From NCBI GenBank assembly GCA_951406725.2, contig OX597820.1, positions 20,398,001-20,462,000 on the forward strand: a DNA stretch of 64,000 bases, written 5' to 3'. The notes beneath the pieces were generated by a model, which was given only the letters and a program-made list of their open reading frames with translations, was not told the DNA's origin and searched no databases. The position numbers were made by a program, and so were the translations under genes. Positions 42,945 through 56,937 of the stretch are shown in pieces. The DNA is from Octopus vulgaris (lineage: Eukaryota). Numbering within the stretch: the stretch's first letter is position 1; the number at the start of each line of letters is the position of its first letter.

Positions 42945-43201
42945 CTAGCTGGCCCCGTGCCGTCAAAAATGACGGATAATTGTAGTATTCTATATGTAAA
43001 TATGGATGGTAAATCAAATTAATACACTCGTCAATGTTCACATACATTCAGATACACACATATACTCACACAGAGCTGAAACGCCGTTTGATTTTTCTTT
43101 CCAGCGTTGAATGTCCACCATCCCACAAGTTTGCCATCATCCCTTCCTTCCTTATTTATATGCTGTGACGGAGAAAAACGCAAGAGTATTATTATACTAG
43201 A
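42945..43201 (-). mobile_element. Non-autonomous Helitron, 257 bp (unit A1)
   Basis: Copy of 37016-37272. Confidence 0.8.
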
Positions 43202-45140
43202 TTCTGTCTACTGTAGGCAGAAAGTCGGTTTTATCGATCCCAGTGCGTTTCTGGTATATATTTTATAGACCACGGGAAAGTGGAAGTCAAATTCAACTTC
43301 GGTAGCATTTGAACTCAGAACGTAAAGAACCTGAAGAGATGCTGCTAAACATTTTGTCCGACGTGCTAACGATTCTGCCATGTCGCCGCCTTTAACAAAT
43401 TGGATTCAAGTTTTGGCACAAGGCCAGCAAATTTCGGGGGAGGGGTAAGTCGATTATGTCGACCCCAGTGTTTCACTAGTACTTGATTTATCGGCCCCGA
43501 AAGGATGAAAGACAAACTCAATCTCGGCAGTATTTGAACTCAAGATTACGTGAACAATGTTTTCGAATAATTGTTCGAAAACAATTATTCGAAAACCATT
43601 TATTCGAATGGAGAATTGTATGAATTAAAATTATTCAAAAGGGCAATTATACGAAATGCAGTGGGACTGAACCCGGAACCATGTGGTTCGTAAGCAATTT
43701 CTTACGAACTCTTATTATATAGTAACTGCGAGTTAGCAGAATCGTTAGCGCGTCGGACAAAATGCTTAGTTGTGTTTCTTCCGGATCTTTATGTTCTGAG
43801 CTCCGTTTCATGAAAATTATTCGAAAACAATTATTGGAAAAACAGTTATTCGAAATAAATACCATTCGTGTACTTCAGTTTTAGTTTTATCATTTTGATT
43901 TAAATAAAATTAATAACGTATCTCCTTTACTTGTTTCAGTCATTTGACTGCGGCAATGCTGGAGCACCGCCTTTTAGTCGAGCAACTCGACCCCGGGACT
44001 TATACTTTTTGTGAGCCCAGTACTTATTACATCGGTCTCTTTTTGCCGAACCGCTAAGTTACGGGGACGTAAACACACCAGCATCGGTTGTCAAGCAATG
44101 CTAGGGGAACAAAGACAGACCCCAAACACACACACAAACATATATATATTTACATATATACGACAGGCTTCTTTCAGTTTCCGTCTACCAAATCCACTCA
44201 CAAGGCGTTGGTCGGCCCGGGGCTATAGCAGAAGACACTTGCCCAAGATGCCACGCAGTGGGACTGAACCCAGAACCATGTGGTTGGTTAGCAAGCTACT
44301 TACCACACAGCCACTCCTGCGCCTATTATATAAACCCCAAAAGGATGAAAAGCAAGCATGACTTTGAGCTCAGAACGTGGAGTCAGAATAAATGTCGCGA
44401 GTTATCTTGCCCCGAGCGATTCCGCCGGCTCGCAACCTTTTAAATTTAGTATTAACTATAAACTTCCATTTCACGAATTAACAAAGGAGCGTCAACGTAG
44501 TTGCCAGACCTGCTAGAAATAGCAGCCGTATATACTTTTCTACTCTAGGTACAAGGCCCGAAATTTTGGGGGCGGGGGCCAGTCGATTAGATCGACTCCA
44601 GTACACAACTGGTACTTATTTAATCGACCCCGAAAGGATGAAAGGCAAAGTCGACCTCGGCGGAATTTGAACTCAGAACGTGGTGGTCCGAGAAGAGGGG
44701 AAGAAGGAGGGAACCCACCGGCTGTTGCAGGCGGCACTCACTCTTGCTAAGTCACTGAGAAGATTTAATGTTTTAGATAGGAAAAAAAAGAAAAAAGCTA
44801 AACAAAACAAAACAAAATTTAATTTCCACTCATAAATCCACACCCGTTGTTTGACGTAAATATGACATTTGCCCAGACGCATTTAAAGATTGATTGCTTT
44901 TCATCGAAGACGTCTCAAGCTGTGGTTTTTTGCGACGCCATAACCGATATGCCGTTCAACTATGTAGCATTTTCTGACCTACAACGAGTGAATTGTTCAA
45001 GGGTTTGAGCGTTCTCTCCGTACAATGTCTATATTTGCTGTCATGTTTTAGAATATTTCTAAAAAATAATATCTCGAATACTTGAGATATTATATTATAT
45101 ATGACACACAACATGAGTAAGTAATAAGTGTGGCCGATCA

Positions 45141-45178
<38 letters not shown>

Positions 45179-45441
45179 TTCCTTTCCCTTTTTTCCTCAC
45201 CCCCTCGTTTAAAGTTTATTTTATCCCCCCCCTTTTCTTGTCCTCTTTCTTTCCATTTACGATCCCTTTTGATAGAAAACCAAACCCCCTTCTTTTACCC
45301 CCAAAAGAAAAGCTCTACCTTGTAATTTTGTCATGTCTGTGTGGAGCCCTGTGTGGCTAATAAAGAAACATATCTATCTATCTATCTTATCTTTACAGGC
45401 AAAGGTTGACAGTGGGCCATCTACCTGTCTATCAGTCTATA

Positions 45442-45481
<40 letters not shown>

Positions 45482-45557
45482 TAAACAGTAAAAATAATTA
45501 CAGACATGGACAAGAACATGAAACACCACAGAGACGACACAAGAACCACAGGACGGG

Positions 45558-45704
45558 ACATTCGAAGCCCTCAGTCATCAGTCAAGAACCAGATCATCTT
45601 AGCAATTTCGGCTGATTAATCTTGAGATTGCTCCGATTTGGGCAGCCCGCCAAGGGAAATCTAAGCCAAGCGCATTAGATCCCCTGGAAGAAAGCTTCGA
45701 ATGT
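45558..45704 (-). ncRNA. Candidate rearranged hammerhead (unit B1)
   Basis: Copy of 34828-34973 with one extra nucleotide in a linker. Confidence 0.65.
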
Positions 45705-45976
45705 ATACAACACGAGGACGGAAAACGAACGAAGTACACGAACAAAAATACAGAATACGTGACACCAATAAGAATACAAAAACGTAAATCAATAACGGTA
45801 AAAATAAAAAACAAAACAAAACCAGGACGTAGGACAAGGGTCTTTCGACAGGACGAGTTGAGTTTAGGGCTGGCTTATGAAGTTGTGCCTAATGGCCGCA
45901 GGGAGACGAACAAATACGTGTTGCTTCGGCGACTGCTGGAACGAAAAGAGCGCTCAACAGTGGCTAGCGGTCACGT

Positions 45977-48900
45977 TGTTTTATTACTACCCACAAGGGG
46001 CGAACATAGAGGGGACAAAACAATCTGATTTGGGGTCAGACATACGGATGGTTTTTACACAAAATCGGGTTTAAAAATATCATGAAATTACAAGAATACA
46101 CACAAAATCGAATGATGGAATAGACCGGAAGACATTACAGATGGAGTGGGTGCGGGTTTAGCTCGGACCCCACGAGCCCCGCCTCCCCACTGATACTTTT
46201 GGTTGCACTTGGTATTACATTTATGTTGTAACTTTCATTCGCAACTTTCGTGCTACATCCTTCCATCGTTCTTCATACACTCTCCTAGTCAGGCATATTC
46301 TCTCCAGCCCTATCTTCCTTTTCAGGTGAAAGATGAAGTAATTCATCAAACCAGGGCCAGAGATGAACTTGCCTGACTGTAAACCTTTCATTGTATTCAC
46401 TCCAACGACGCCGTGAACGCTACATTATCTGTATGATGTGGAAAATATTCCATCAGCACTGTCCGAATGATGTTGGCATCACCTTCAAAATGTCTTTGGA
46501 AAATTCCTTCAAACAGTACCGGACAAACCACCCACACCCGGATATGTCTTCCATATCACTTCTTTCGCAATTGCTACTACAACGAGAAAACGAAACTTAC
46601 CTTCATTCACGAGGAAATCCGGTGGGTCAATTTTTGTAATCGACTCAGTCGACAGCTGTACTCTTCGTGTACCTGACAACAGCTGTTCGGCATAAACCCA
46701 CACCTCAGACACGTCCGGACAATGAACAATAGCGTGCGGGACGGTTTCCCTATCCCGCCCGCATCTTGGACATATCGGACTGTCTTGGCCACCGTGCCTT
46801 GCGAGTTTATCCCGAACAGGTAGAGCTCCTCTGTAGCATTGCCATGCCAGAGACTTCTGGAAGTTGTCCAGTGTCCTCGGCTTGAACGTACGTCGGAACA
46901 GACTGGCCAGCTGATTATCGTCGAGACCTAGGGTTTCCCCCAAGGTATCTTCACATTCCGCCTCTACCAACCCTCTATAGAAGAATGTGGTGGAACCCCC
47001 ACCGCAGGCGTTGCCCGAGCGACGGAATAGCAGGAGAGCCTTGCGACACTCCGTGTACCAAGTACCAAGTTTCGATCTACGATTCAGCCAGGTTTCCCAT
47101 CCACCGAAACTAGTGAACTTGGGAAACATCAGTTTTGCTAGCGAAGACCACACCCGTTCACCATCCAGGTAGAGCCACAGATGTCTTAACCTCAGCGCAT
47201 GTCTGCGCATCATCAGCCAAGGCATCCCTAGCCCACCCTTTAACGGTTGTTGACAGCAAGTAGAGCGTTTCACAAGTGGTTTCCCGCCCTTCCACAAGAA
47301 GTAGAAGAGCTGTCTTTCCAACTTGATCAACCACGAATCAGGGCAAGGAACGACGGAAAGGCGGTAGGTGATAACCGATGCGATAAACACATTGGCCACC
47401 TCCGCCCTCCCTTTCAGGGATAGCCACCGCCAAGACCAGGTCTTGGCTACTGCAGCCACCTTGCTCGTTACCTCGCCCCAATTCTTCTCTATTTGGAGGT
47501 CTGGACCGAACCAGACCCCTAGCAGTTTAATCGGACCCTCCGTCCAACGTCCCACGACGCTGTCAGGAGGCATCGACTTGCCTCTCCAGGTGCCGAGTTG
47601 CAAGCCGACTGACTTTTCGCGATTAACTTTTGCTCCTGTCACCGTCTCGTAAACCTCTATGGCCTTGCCTACTTTACATAGGTGGTCCATTTCGGTTACG
47701 ATGATGGTGATGTCATCCGCGTACGCTGACACTGATTTTCCGTTACCTGGCTGTCTCGGGATGCCGCTCAGTTTTCGCAGTAATGGCTCAAGAGCCATCA
47801 CGTACAAAAGCGGGGAGAGCGGACACCCTTGACGAACCGAGCGTTTGATTTTGAACGGCTTCGACAAGAAGCCGTTCACCCGAACTACCGAGTCGATGTT
47901 ATCATAAATTTGGATAATCCACCTGAGGAAGCCAAGGCTCAGCCCGAACTGTGCCAGGGCAGATACCAGGTACCGATGGTCGACCCTATCAAAAGCTTTA
48001 GATTGGTCTAAATGGACCAGTGCCCCACCCTTGCCAGAATCACTATTAAACCCCTCTATAGTGTACCGCATTAGATGGAGATTATCCTGAATGGATCTGC
48101 CCGGAACGGCACATGTCTGTGCCCCTCCGATCAGATCATCCGCGACACGCGCCAATCTTTTCGATAACACTTTGGCCAAAATCTTCAACTCTGTGTTTAG
48201 CAGAGTGATGGGCCTGAAATTATCAATGCACTCCCCTTGCTCGGGTCCTTTCTGACGAGAGTCACTACTCCCCGGCGCACAGATCTGGGTATAAGCCCGT
48301 TCTGCTGCCAGTTCGCGTAGACCTCCGCCAGTAGGTGCCCGAACAAGTCTGGCATACTCTTATATAACTCATAGGGTAGACCATCCAAACCCGGCGCCTT
48401 GCCCGCGCCGCAGTCCGCCATTGCCTCAATCACCTCCTCAGGCGTGATTGGCCCTTCACAGCCCTCCGCATCTCGCCCCGATAAGCGCGGCAGCCCGTCG
48501 AGAAGGTCCGTAAAGGCCCTCCTCCTATCCAGTCCGCCGCACTCACCGAAAAGCTGAGCGAAGTGCTCCTGAAAGGCCTCACACATCTCCTCGGGCTCGT
48601 TTATCAACTCACCTTGTTGGTTCGTCAAAGATCGAATCGTGGCATCGTTACCATGCTGAGCTTCCACCACTCGGGCCCATCTCACGGCGTTGATTCCTTC
48701 ACATCCCATATGGCGGATTCTAGCCCTGACAATGCAGCCCATGTGTTTGGCCTCGAGGTGCTGGTTTAACACCAGTCTCTTGGACGCCACCTGAGCCGCA
48801 GAGCCAGTTTTCAGGGCTTCCTCTAATTCCTTAACTAGAGTAGTTTCCCTTCTAGCCTCTCTAGCCACTACTCCTATGCTATATCTAATAGACTCAAACT

Positions 48901-49074
48901 TGATGGCTCTTTTGAGGGCGTACCACCATTTGTTATTAATGATGGTACCAGATAGTGCCCTCTGAATTATATCCCTAATCCGGTCTTTGTACTCCTTAAT
49001 CGCCAAAAGGGACGTATTAAGTTTCCAGTAACCGGATCCTCTATTTTTAACCTTATCTATGTCAAGCTTACAAG
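45977..49074 (-). mobile_element. LINE B: Tx1/L1-group non-LTR retrotransposon, 5'-truncated (unit B1)
   Basis: 17 bp TSD GTGGCTAGCGGTCACGT (45960-45976, 49075-49091); empty site in U0; L1/Tx1-type ORF2. Confidence 0.93.
46221..49070 (-). pseudogene. Tx1-like ORF2 (RT + Zn finger), frameshifted near 48232 and interrupted at 46390-46549
   Basis: KAPGLDG, PITLLN, LDQSKAFDRVDH, RQGCPLSP, YADD, GGLG, CPRC...H...C; the C-terminus MKGLQSG...KVTT* lies beyond the foreign insert. Confidence 0.88.
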
Positions 49075-49393
49075 GTGGCTAGCGGTCACGTGAGAACAAA
49101 AGACAGGAGAAAGGGACAGATGAAAAGAGAGAGAAGGTGGACGAGGGAGGAGAAGAAAGAGACAGATCGAGAAAAAATATTTTCTCGAAAAAATCTTTAT
49201 CACTGTCCAGCATATTAAAAAATACCTTTAACGGTTAAATTTATAAACAATTCATAAATGAGGGCAAAGGAAAAAATTCTAATGCCAAAGATGCCGAAAA
49301 ATTGGACATATTGTCCATTAACCATATAATTTTTTCACAATACGCACGTTACTCGAAAAAAGGGCGACAGAAATTTCTAAAAAATTCCATTAT

Positions 49394-49451
49394 TACCATA
49401 TCGGACCGATTTCAGAGTTAGCTACTAAGAGCCCTCTCTTCGTCAGTGATA
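49394..49451 (-). ncRNA. Type I hammerhead ribozyme (unit B1)
   Basis: Identical to 35547-35604. Confidence 0.8.
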
Positions 49452-49490
49452 CATGTGGCAAAAGAAATAAATGAGATACTTACTCATACC

Positions 49491-49552
<62 letters not shown>

Positions 49553-50306
49553 TCTTTTATTTGTTTCAGTCATTTGACTGCGGTTATGCTGGAGCACCGC
49601 CTTTAGTCGAACAAATCAGCCCCAGAACTTATTCTTTCTAATCCTAGTACTTATTCTATCTCTAAGTTACGGAGAAGTAAACACACCAGCATCGGTTGTC
49701 AAGCGACGGTGGTGGTGGGGACAAACACAGACACACAAACACTCACTCACATATATATATACATATATCCGACAGGCTTCTTTTAGTTTCCGTCTACCAA
49801 ATCCACTCACAAGGCTTTGGTCGACCCGAGACTATAGTAGAAGACACTATATGCCCAAGGTGCCACGTAGTGGAACTGAACCCGGAACCATGTGGGTGGT
49901 AAGCAAGATACCACACAGCCACGTCTGCGCCTACATACATACATACATGCATGCATGCATGCATGCATGCGTGCATACATACATACATACATACATACAT
50001 ACATACATACATACATGCATACATGCATACATGCATGCATGCATGCATGCATAATACATACATACATACATACATACATACATACATACATACATACATA
50101 CATACATACATACATACATACATACATACATACATACATACATACATACATACATACATACATACATACATACATACATACATACATACATACATACATA
50201 CATACATACATACATACATACATACATACATACATACATACATACATACATACATACATACATACATACATACATACATACATACATACATACATACATA
50301 CATACA

Positions 50307-50337
<31 letters not shown>

Positions 50338-50834
50338 GCTAATGATTCTGCCAGCTCACCGCCTTTATTCTTTTCTATACTAGGTACAAGATCCGAAACT
50401 TTTGGTCGACCCAGAACGCAACAGGTACTTAATTTATCGACCCCGGAAGGATGAAAGGCAAAGTCGACTTCGGCGAAATTTGAACTCAGAACGTAAAAAC
50501 AGACGAAATACCGATAAGCATTTCGTCCGGCGTTCTAACGGTTCTGCCAGCTCGCCGCCATAGCAGCAACATATAATTTAAAATGATGCTAAGAGTACGC
50601 TAAATATTGCACGATAGCTGGGAACAACAGACAGGATGATTTTGAATGGTGCACTTTTGATAATAAGACTACTCAACGAAGGGCTATCTGTGGTTAAACA
50701 ACACCAATAACAAAAGCAACATCATTCATTTATGGGATTAAATATTTGGGTGATTATATCCCAATAAACTGGTGACTTCGACGTTGCCAGATAACATCTT
50801 TGGTTGTCTAATCAATAAACAAATTATTATATAA

Positions 50835-51091
50835 CTAGCTGGCCCCGTGCCGTCAAAGATGACGGATAATTGTAGTATTCTATATGTAAATATGGATGGT
50901 AAATCAAATTAATACACTCGTCAATGTTCACATACATTCAGATACACACATATACTCACACAGAGCTGAAACGCCGTTTGATTTTTCTTTCCAGCGTTGA
51001 ATGTCCACCATCCCACAAGTTTGCCATCATCCCTTCCTTCCTTATTTATATGCTGTGACGGAGAAAAACGCAAGAGTATTATTATACTAGA
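50835..51091 (-). mobile_element. Non-autonomous Helitron, 257 bp (unit B1)
   Basis: Copy of 37016-37272. Confidence 0.8.
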
Positions 51092-53031
51092 TTCTGTCTA
51101 CTGTAGGCAGAAAGTCGGTTTTATCGATCCCAGTGCGTTTCTGGTATATATTTTATAGACCACGGGAAAGTGGAAGTCAAATTCAACTTCGGTAGCATTT
51201 GAACTCAGAACGTAAAGAACCTGAAGAGATGCTGCTAAACATTTTGTCCGACGTGCTAACGATTCTGCCATGTCGCCGCCTTTAACAAATTGGATTCAAG
51301 TTTTGGCACAAGGCCAGCAAATTTCGGGGGAGGGTAAGTCGATTATGTCGACCCCAGTGTTTCACTAGTACTTGATTTATCGGCCCCGAAAGGATGAAAG
51401 ACAAACTCAATCTCGGCAGTATTTGAACTCAAGATTACGTGAACAATGTTTTCGAATAATTGTTCGAAAACAATTATTCGAAAACCATTTATTCGAATGG
51501 AAAATTGTATGAATTAAAATTATTCAAAAGGGCAATTATACGAAATGCAGTGGGACTGAACCCGGAACCATGTGGTTCGTAAGCAATTTCTTACGAACTC
51601 TTATTATATAGTAACTGCGAGTTAGCAGAATCGTTAGCGCGTCGGACAAAATGCTTTGTTGTGTTTCTTCCGGATCTTTACGTTCTGAGCTCCGTTTCAT
51701 GAAAATTATTCGAAAAAACAATTATTGGAAAAACAGTTATTCGAAATAAATACCATTCGTGTACTTCAGTTTTAGTTTTATCATTTTGATTTAAATAAAA
51801 TTAATAACGTATCTCCTTTACTTGTTTCAGTCATTTGACTGCGGCAATGCTGGAGCACCGCCTTTTAGTCGAGCAACTCGACCCCGGGACTTATACTTTT
51901 TGTGAGCCCAGTACTTATTACATCGGTCTCTTTTTGCCGAACCGCTAAGTTACGGGGACGTAAACACACCAGCATCGGTTGTCAAGCAATGCTAGGGGAA
52001 CAAAGACAGACCCCAAACACACACACAAACATATATATATTTACATATATACGACAGGCTTCTTTCAGTTTCCGTCTACCAAATCCACTCACAAGGCGTT
52101 GGTCGGCCCGGGGCTATAGCAGAAGACACTTGCCCAAGATGCCACGCAGTGGGACTGAACCCAGAACCATGTGGTTGGTTAGCAAGCTACTTACCACACA
52201 GCCACTCCTGCGCCTATTATATAAACCCCAAAAGGATGAAAAGCAAGCATGACTTTGAGCTCAGAACGTGGAGTCAGAATAAATGTCGCGAGTTATCTTG
52301 CCCCGAGCGATTCCGCCGGCTCGCAACCTTTTAAATTTAGTATTAACTATAAACTTCCATTTCACGAATTAACAAAGGAGCGTCAACGTAGTTGCCAGAC
52401 CTGCTAGAAATAGCAGCCGTATATACTTTTCTACTCTAGGTACAAGGCCCGAAATTTTGGGGGCGGGGGCCAGTCGATTAGATCGACTCCAGTACACAAC
52501 TGGTACTTATTTAATCGACCCCGAAAGGATGAAAGGCAAAGTCGACCTCGGCGGAATTTGAACACAGAACGTGGTGGTCCGAGAAGAGGGGAAGAAGGAG
52601 GGAACCCACCGGCTGTTGCAGGCGGCACTCACTCTTGCTAAGTCACTGAGGAGATTTAATGTTTTAGATAGGAAAAAAAAGAAGAAAGCTAAACAAAACA
52701 AAACAAAATTTAATTTCCACTCATAAATCCACACCAGTTGTTTTACGTAAATATGACATGCTTCCAGACGCATTTAAAGATTGATTGCTTTTCATCGAAG
52801 ACGTCTCAAGCTGTGGTTTTTTGCGACGCCATAACCGATATGCCGTTCAACTATGTAGCATTTTCTGACCTACAACGAGTGAATTGTTCAAGGGTTTGAG
52901 CGTTTTCTCCGTACAATGTCTATATTTGCTGTCATGTTTTAGAATATTTCTAAAAAATAATATCTCGAATACTTGAGATATTATATTATATATGACACAC
53001 AACATGAGTAAGTAATAAGTGTGGCCGATCA

Positions 53032-53077
<46 letters not shown>

Positions 53078-53342
53078 TTTCCTTTCCTTTTTTTCCTCAC
53101 CCCCCTTGTTTAAAGTTTATTTTATCCCCCCCTTTTTTTGTCCTTTTTTTTTCCATTTACGATCCCTTTTGATAGAAAACCAAACCCCCTTCTTTTACCC
53201 CCCAAAAGGAAAGCTCTACCTTGTAATTTTGTCATGTCTGTGTGCAGCCCTGTGTGGCTAATAAAGAAACATATCTATCTATCTATCTTATCTTTACAGG
53301 CAAAGGTTGACAGTGGGCCATCTACCTGTCTATCAGTCTATA

Positions 53343-53396
<54 letters not shown>

Positions 53397-53544
53397 TATC
53401 AAATGTGAGGATAAAATTCTTTTCGAAAAAAAATATTTTCTCGAAAAATCTTTATCAATGTCCAGCATATTAAAAAATACCTTTAACGGTTAAATTTATA
53501 AACAATTCATAAATGAGGGCAAAGGAAAAAAATTCTAATGCCAA

Positions 53545-55490
53545 CCCTGACAGGGAGGCAGTGGAATCGCTTCTTGACTTCATGGATGACTTCTTCTTGT
53601 CCCAACTGTTACTCGAACCAACGAGATGTCACAAAAACGTCTTAGACTTAATTTTCAGCAATCACACTGATACTATCCACAATGTTGCAGTGGAGAAAAC
53701 CCTACTCTCCGACCATGACATGGTTCTCTGTGATCTGAGATTTCACTGGCCAAAATGCAAAACAAATGTCATCCCTTCTGTTCATCTATTTTACACTATG
53801 GATTTCCACAATGCAAACTGGGAAGCGATCAATAATGATCTTGCACAAGTCGATTGGTCCTTCACGCACACATACACACCCACTAACATCAAAAAAGTCC
53901 TGGCAGTCACTTGTAGACACCATCACGAACATATGTGCAAGACACACCCCATTAAGATCTGCAAACAAATCTAAGTGTCGAATCCCTAGAAATAGAAAAT
54001 CTCTCATAAGGAAAATTAAAAGAATCAACAAAAAGATCAACATGCTGAAATACTGTCAACAGCAACACACCAACCTGACTGCCATCTCGTCGCTAGAGAT
54101 TAAAAAACATAAACTCCAAAACAACATGATGTCTATCATCAATAGTCAGCGAAGAGCTGAAGAGGCCTGGGCCATTGAGAAGATCAAACTCATTCCCAAA
54201 GTGTTCTTTTCATTTGCAAAAATACACAGAGTCACTGGTTCTACTGTTGGCCCTCTGATTGATGAAAATGGTACTCTTCAAGACAATGCCAAAACCATGG
54301 GAGAGATATTGCAGAAACAATATTGCTCTGTTTTCAGCAATCCTGATATGACTGATCTGGGCTGTATCAGTGATGTTACTCCCCAATACACTTTATCGGA
54401 CATAACATTTGGCGCTCCTGATGTCTTAGCAGCAATAAAGGAAATGAAGCATAATTCAGCAGTAGGTCCCGATAGGTTCCCTGCATGTGTCTTGAAGATG
54501 TGTCAAAACCAACTTGCACCCCCTCTAGCCAATCTGTGGCGGAACTCACTGGATGCTGGATATATACCAGAAGACCTTCTATCCCAGTCTGTTGTCCCAG
54601 TTTTCAAAAAAGGAAACAAATCGCTTGCCGTGAATTACCGTCCAATCTCACTCACCTCTCATATCATCAAGGTATTTGAGAGGGTGCTGAGATCGCGTAT
54701 GACTCACTTCCTTGAGAGTCATAATATGCTGAACCCCAACCAGCATGGATTCCGTAATGGGAGAGATTGCCTGACGCAGCTACTGCATCATTTTGATGAC
54801 ATTTTGAGAGCCTTGGGAGAAGGTTCCAACACTGATGTCATCTACCTTGATTTCAGCAAGGCCTTTGACAGGGTTGATCATAAGATCCTTCTGAGAAAGC
54901 TGTCCAATATTGGTGTCACTGGAAAGCTGCTGCAATGGATCAAGTGCTTCCTGTCAAAGTTGACATGGCCCGCAGAATGTGTTCCTGGATTCTCAGAACC
55001 TTCCAGTCGAGAGATTCCCACGCTATTATCCTTCTCTTCTCCACTATTGCCCGACCCCACCTTGAATACTGCTGTCCACTGTGGTCTCCCTACACTAAAC
55101 AAAATATTATGAGAATTGAAGCTCCCCAAAGGTTAATCACAAAAAAGATAGATGGCATGTCAGACCTTGACTACTGGGGTAGACTAGAGAAGCTGAAATT
55201 GTATTCACTCCAACGACGCCGTGAACGCTACATTATCTGTATGATGTGGAAAATATTCCATCAGCACTGTCCGAATGATGTTGGCATCACCTTCAAAATG
55301 TCTTTGGACAAATTCCTTCAAACAGTACCGGACAAACCACCCACACCCGGATATGTCTCCGCAAACAATAACTCTCTGCTCGAATGGGCCTTGGTGCCCA
55401 AATCCTGAACTGAAAGACTTCGCCAGATGGTGCTATTAAGTTAGACATGGCCTGGGCCAATACTGGCCAAAAACCTTTCTAAGATATTCT
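53545..55490 (+). mobile_element. LINE A copy (unit A2) with an extra 1-nt frameshift in an A-run near 53895
   Basis: Near-identical to 39793-41737, with the same junctions and deletions. Confidence 0.9.
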
Positions 55491-55596
55491 AAATATGCCG
55501 ATAAATTGGACATATTGTCCATTAACCATATAATTTTTCACAATACGCCCGCTACTCGAAAAAAGGCGGACAGAAATTTCTAAAAAATTCCATTAT

Positions 55597-55654
55597 TACC
55601 ATATCGGACCGATTTCAGAGTTAGCTACTAAGAGCCCTCTCTTCGTCAGTGATA
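55597..55654 (-). ncRNA. Type I hammerhead ribozyme (unit A2)
   Basis: Identical to 35547-35604. Confidence 0.8.
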
Positions 55655-55693
55655 CATGTGGCAAAAGAAATAAATGAGATATTTACTCATACC

Positions 55694-55745
<52 letters not shown>

Positions 55746-56152
55746 TCTTTTATTTGTTTCAGGCATTTGACTGCGGTTATGCTGGAGCACCGCCTTTAGT
55801 CGAACAAATCAGCCCCAGAACTTATTCTTTCTAATCCTAGTACTTATTCTATCTCTAAGTTACGGAGAAGTAAACACACCAGCATCGGTTGTCAAGCGAC
55901 GTGGGTGGTGGGGACAAACACAGACACACACTCACATATATATATACATATATCCGACAGGCTTCTTTTAGTTTCCGTCTACCAAATCCACTCACAAGGC
56001 TTTGGTCGACCCGAGACTATAGTAGAAGACACTATATGTCCAAGGTGCCACGTAGTGGAACTGAACCCGGAACCATGTGGGTGGTAAGCAAGATACCACA
56101 CAGCCACGTCTGCGTCTACATACATACATACATGCATGCATGCATGCATGCA

Positions 56153-56183
<31 letters not shown>

Positions 56184-56680
56184 GCTAACGATTCTGCCAG
56201 CTCACCGCCTTTATTCTTTTCTATACTAGGCACAAGATCCGAAACTTTTGGTCGACCCAGAACGCAACAGGTACTTAATTTATCGACCCCGGAAGGATGA
56301 AAGGCAAAGTCGACTTCGGCGAAATTTGAACTCAGAACGTAAAAACAGACGAAATACCGATAAGCATTTCGTCCGGCGTACTAACGGTTCTGCCAGCTCG
56401 CCGCCATAGCAGCAACATATAATTTAAAATGATGCTAAGAGTACGCTAAATATTGCACGATAGCTGGGAACAACAGACAGGATGATTTTGAATGGTGCAC
56501 TTTTGATAATAAGACTACTCAACGAAGGGCTATCTGTGGTTAAACAACACCAATAACAAAAGCAACATCATTCATTTATGGGATTAAATATTTGGGTGAT
56601 TATATCCCAATAAACTGGTGACTTCGACGTTGCCAGATAACATCTTTGGTTGTCTAATCAATAAACAAATTATTATATAA

Positions 56681-56937
56681 CTAGCTGGCCCCGTGCCGTC
56701 AAAGATGACGGATAATTGTAGTATTCTATATGTAAATATGGATGGTAAATCAAATTAATACACTCGTCAATGTTCACATACATTCAGATACACACATATA
56801 CTCACACAGAGCTGAAACGCCGTTTGATTTTTCTTTCCAGCGTTGAATGTCCACCATCCCACAAGTTTGCCATCATCCCTTCCTTCCTTATTTATATGCT
56901 GTGACGGAGAAAAACGCAAGAGTATTATTATACTAGA
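56681..56937 (-). mobile_element. Non-autonomous Helitron, 257 bp (unit A2)
   Basis: Copy of 37016-37272. Confidence 0.8.

Noticed and set aside
45960-45976. LINE B targeting the same motif as the SINE trimer junction (TAGCGGT)
   Set aside because: The match is short and in the opposite orientation relative to the tail, and one insertion event cannot show specificity.
48190-48240. Two-ORF organisation or programmed frameshift in LINE B1
   Set aside because: A 1-nt difference in a C-run relative to B2, where the frame is continuous; mutation or sequencing error.
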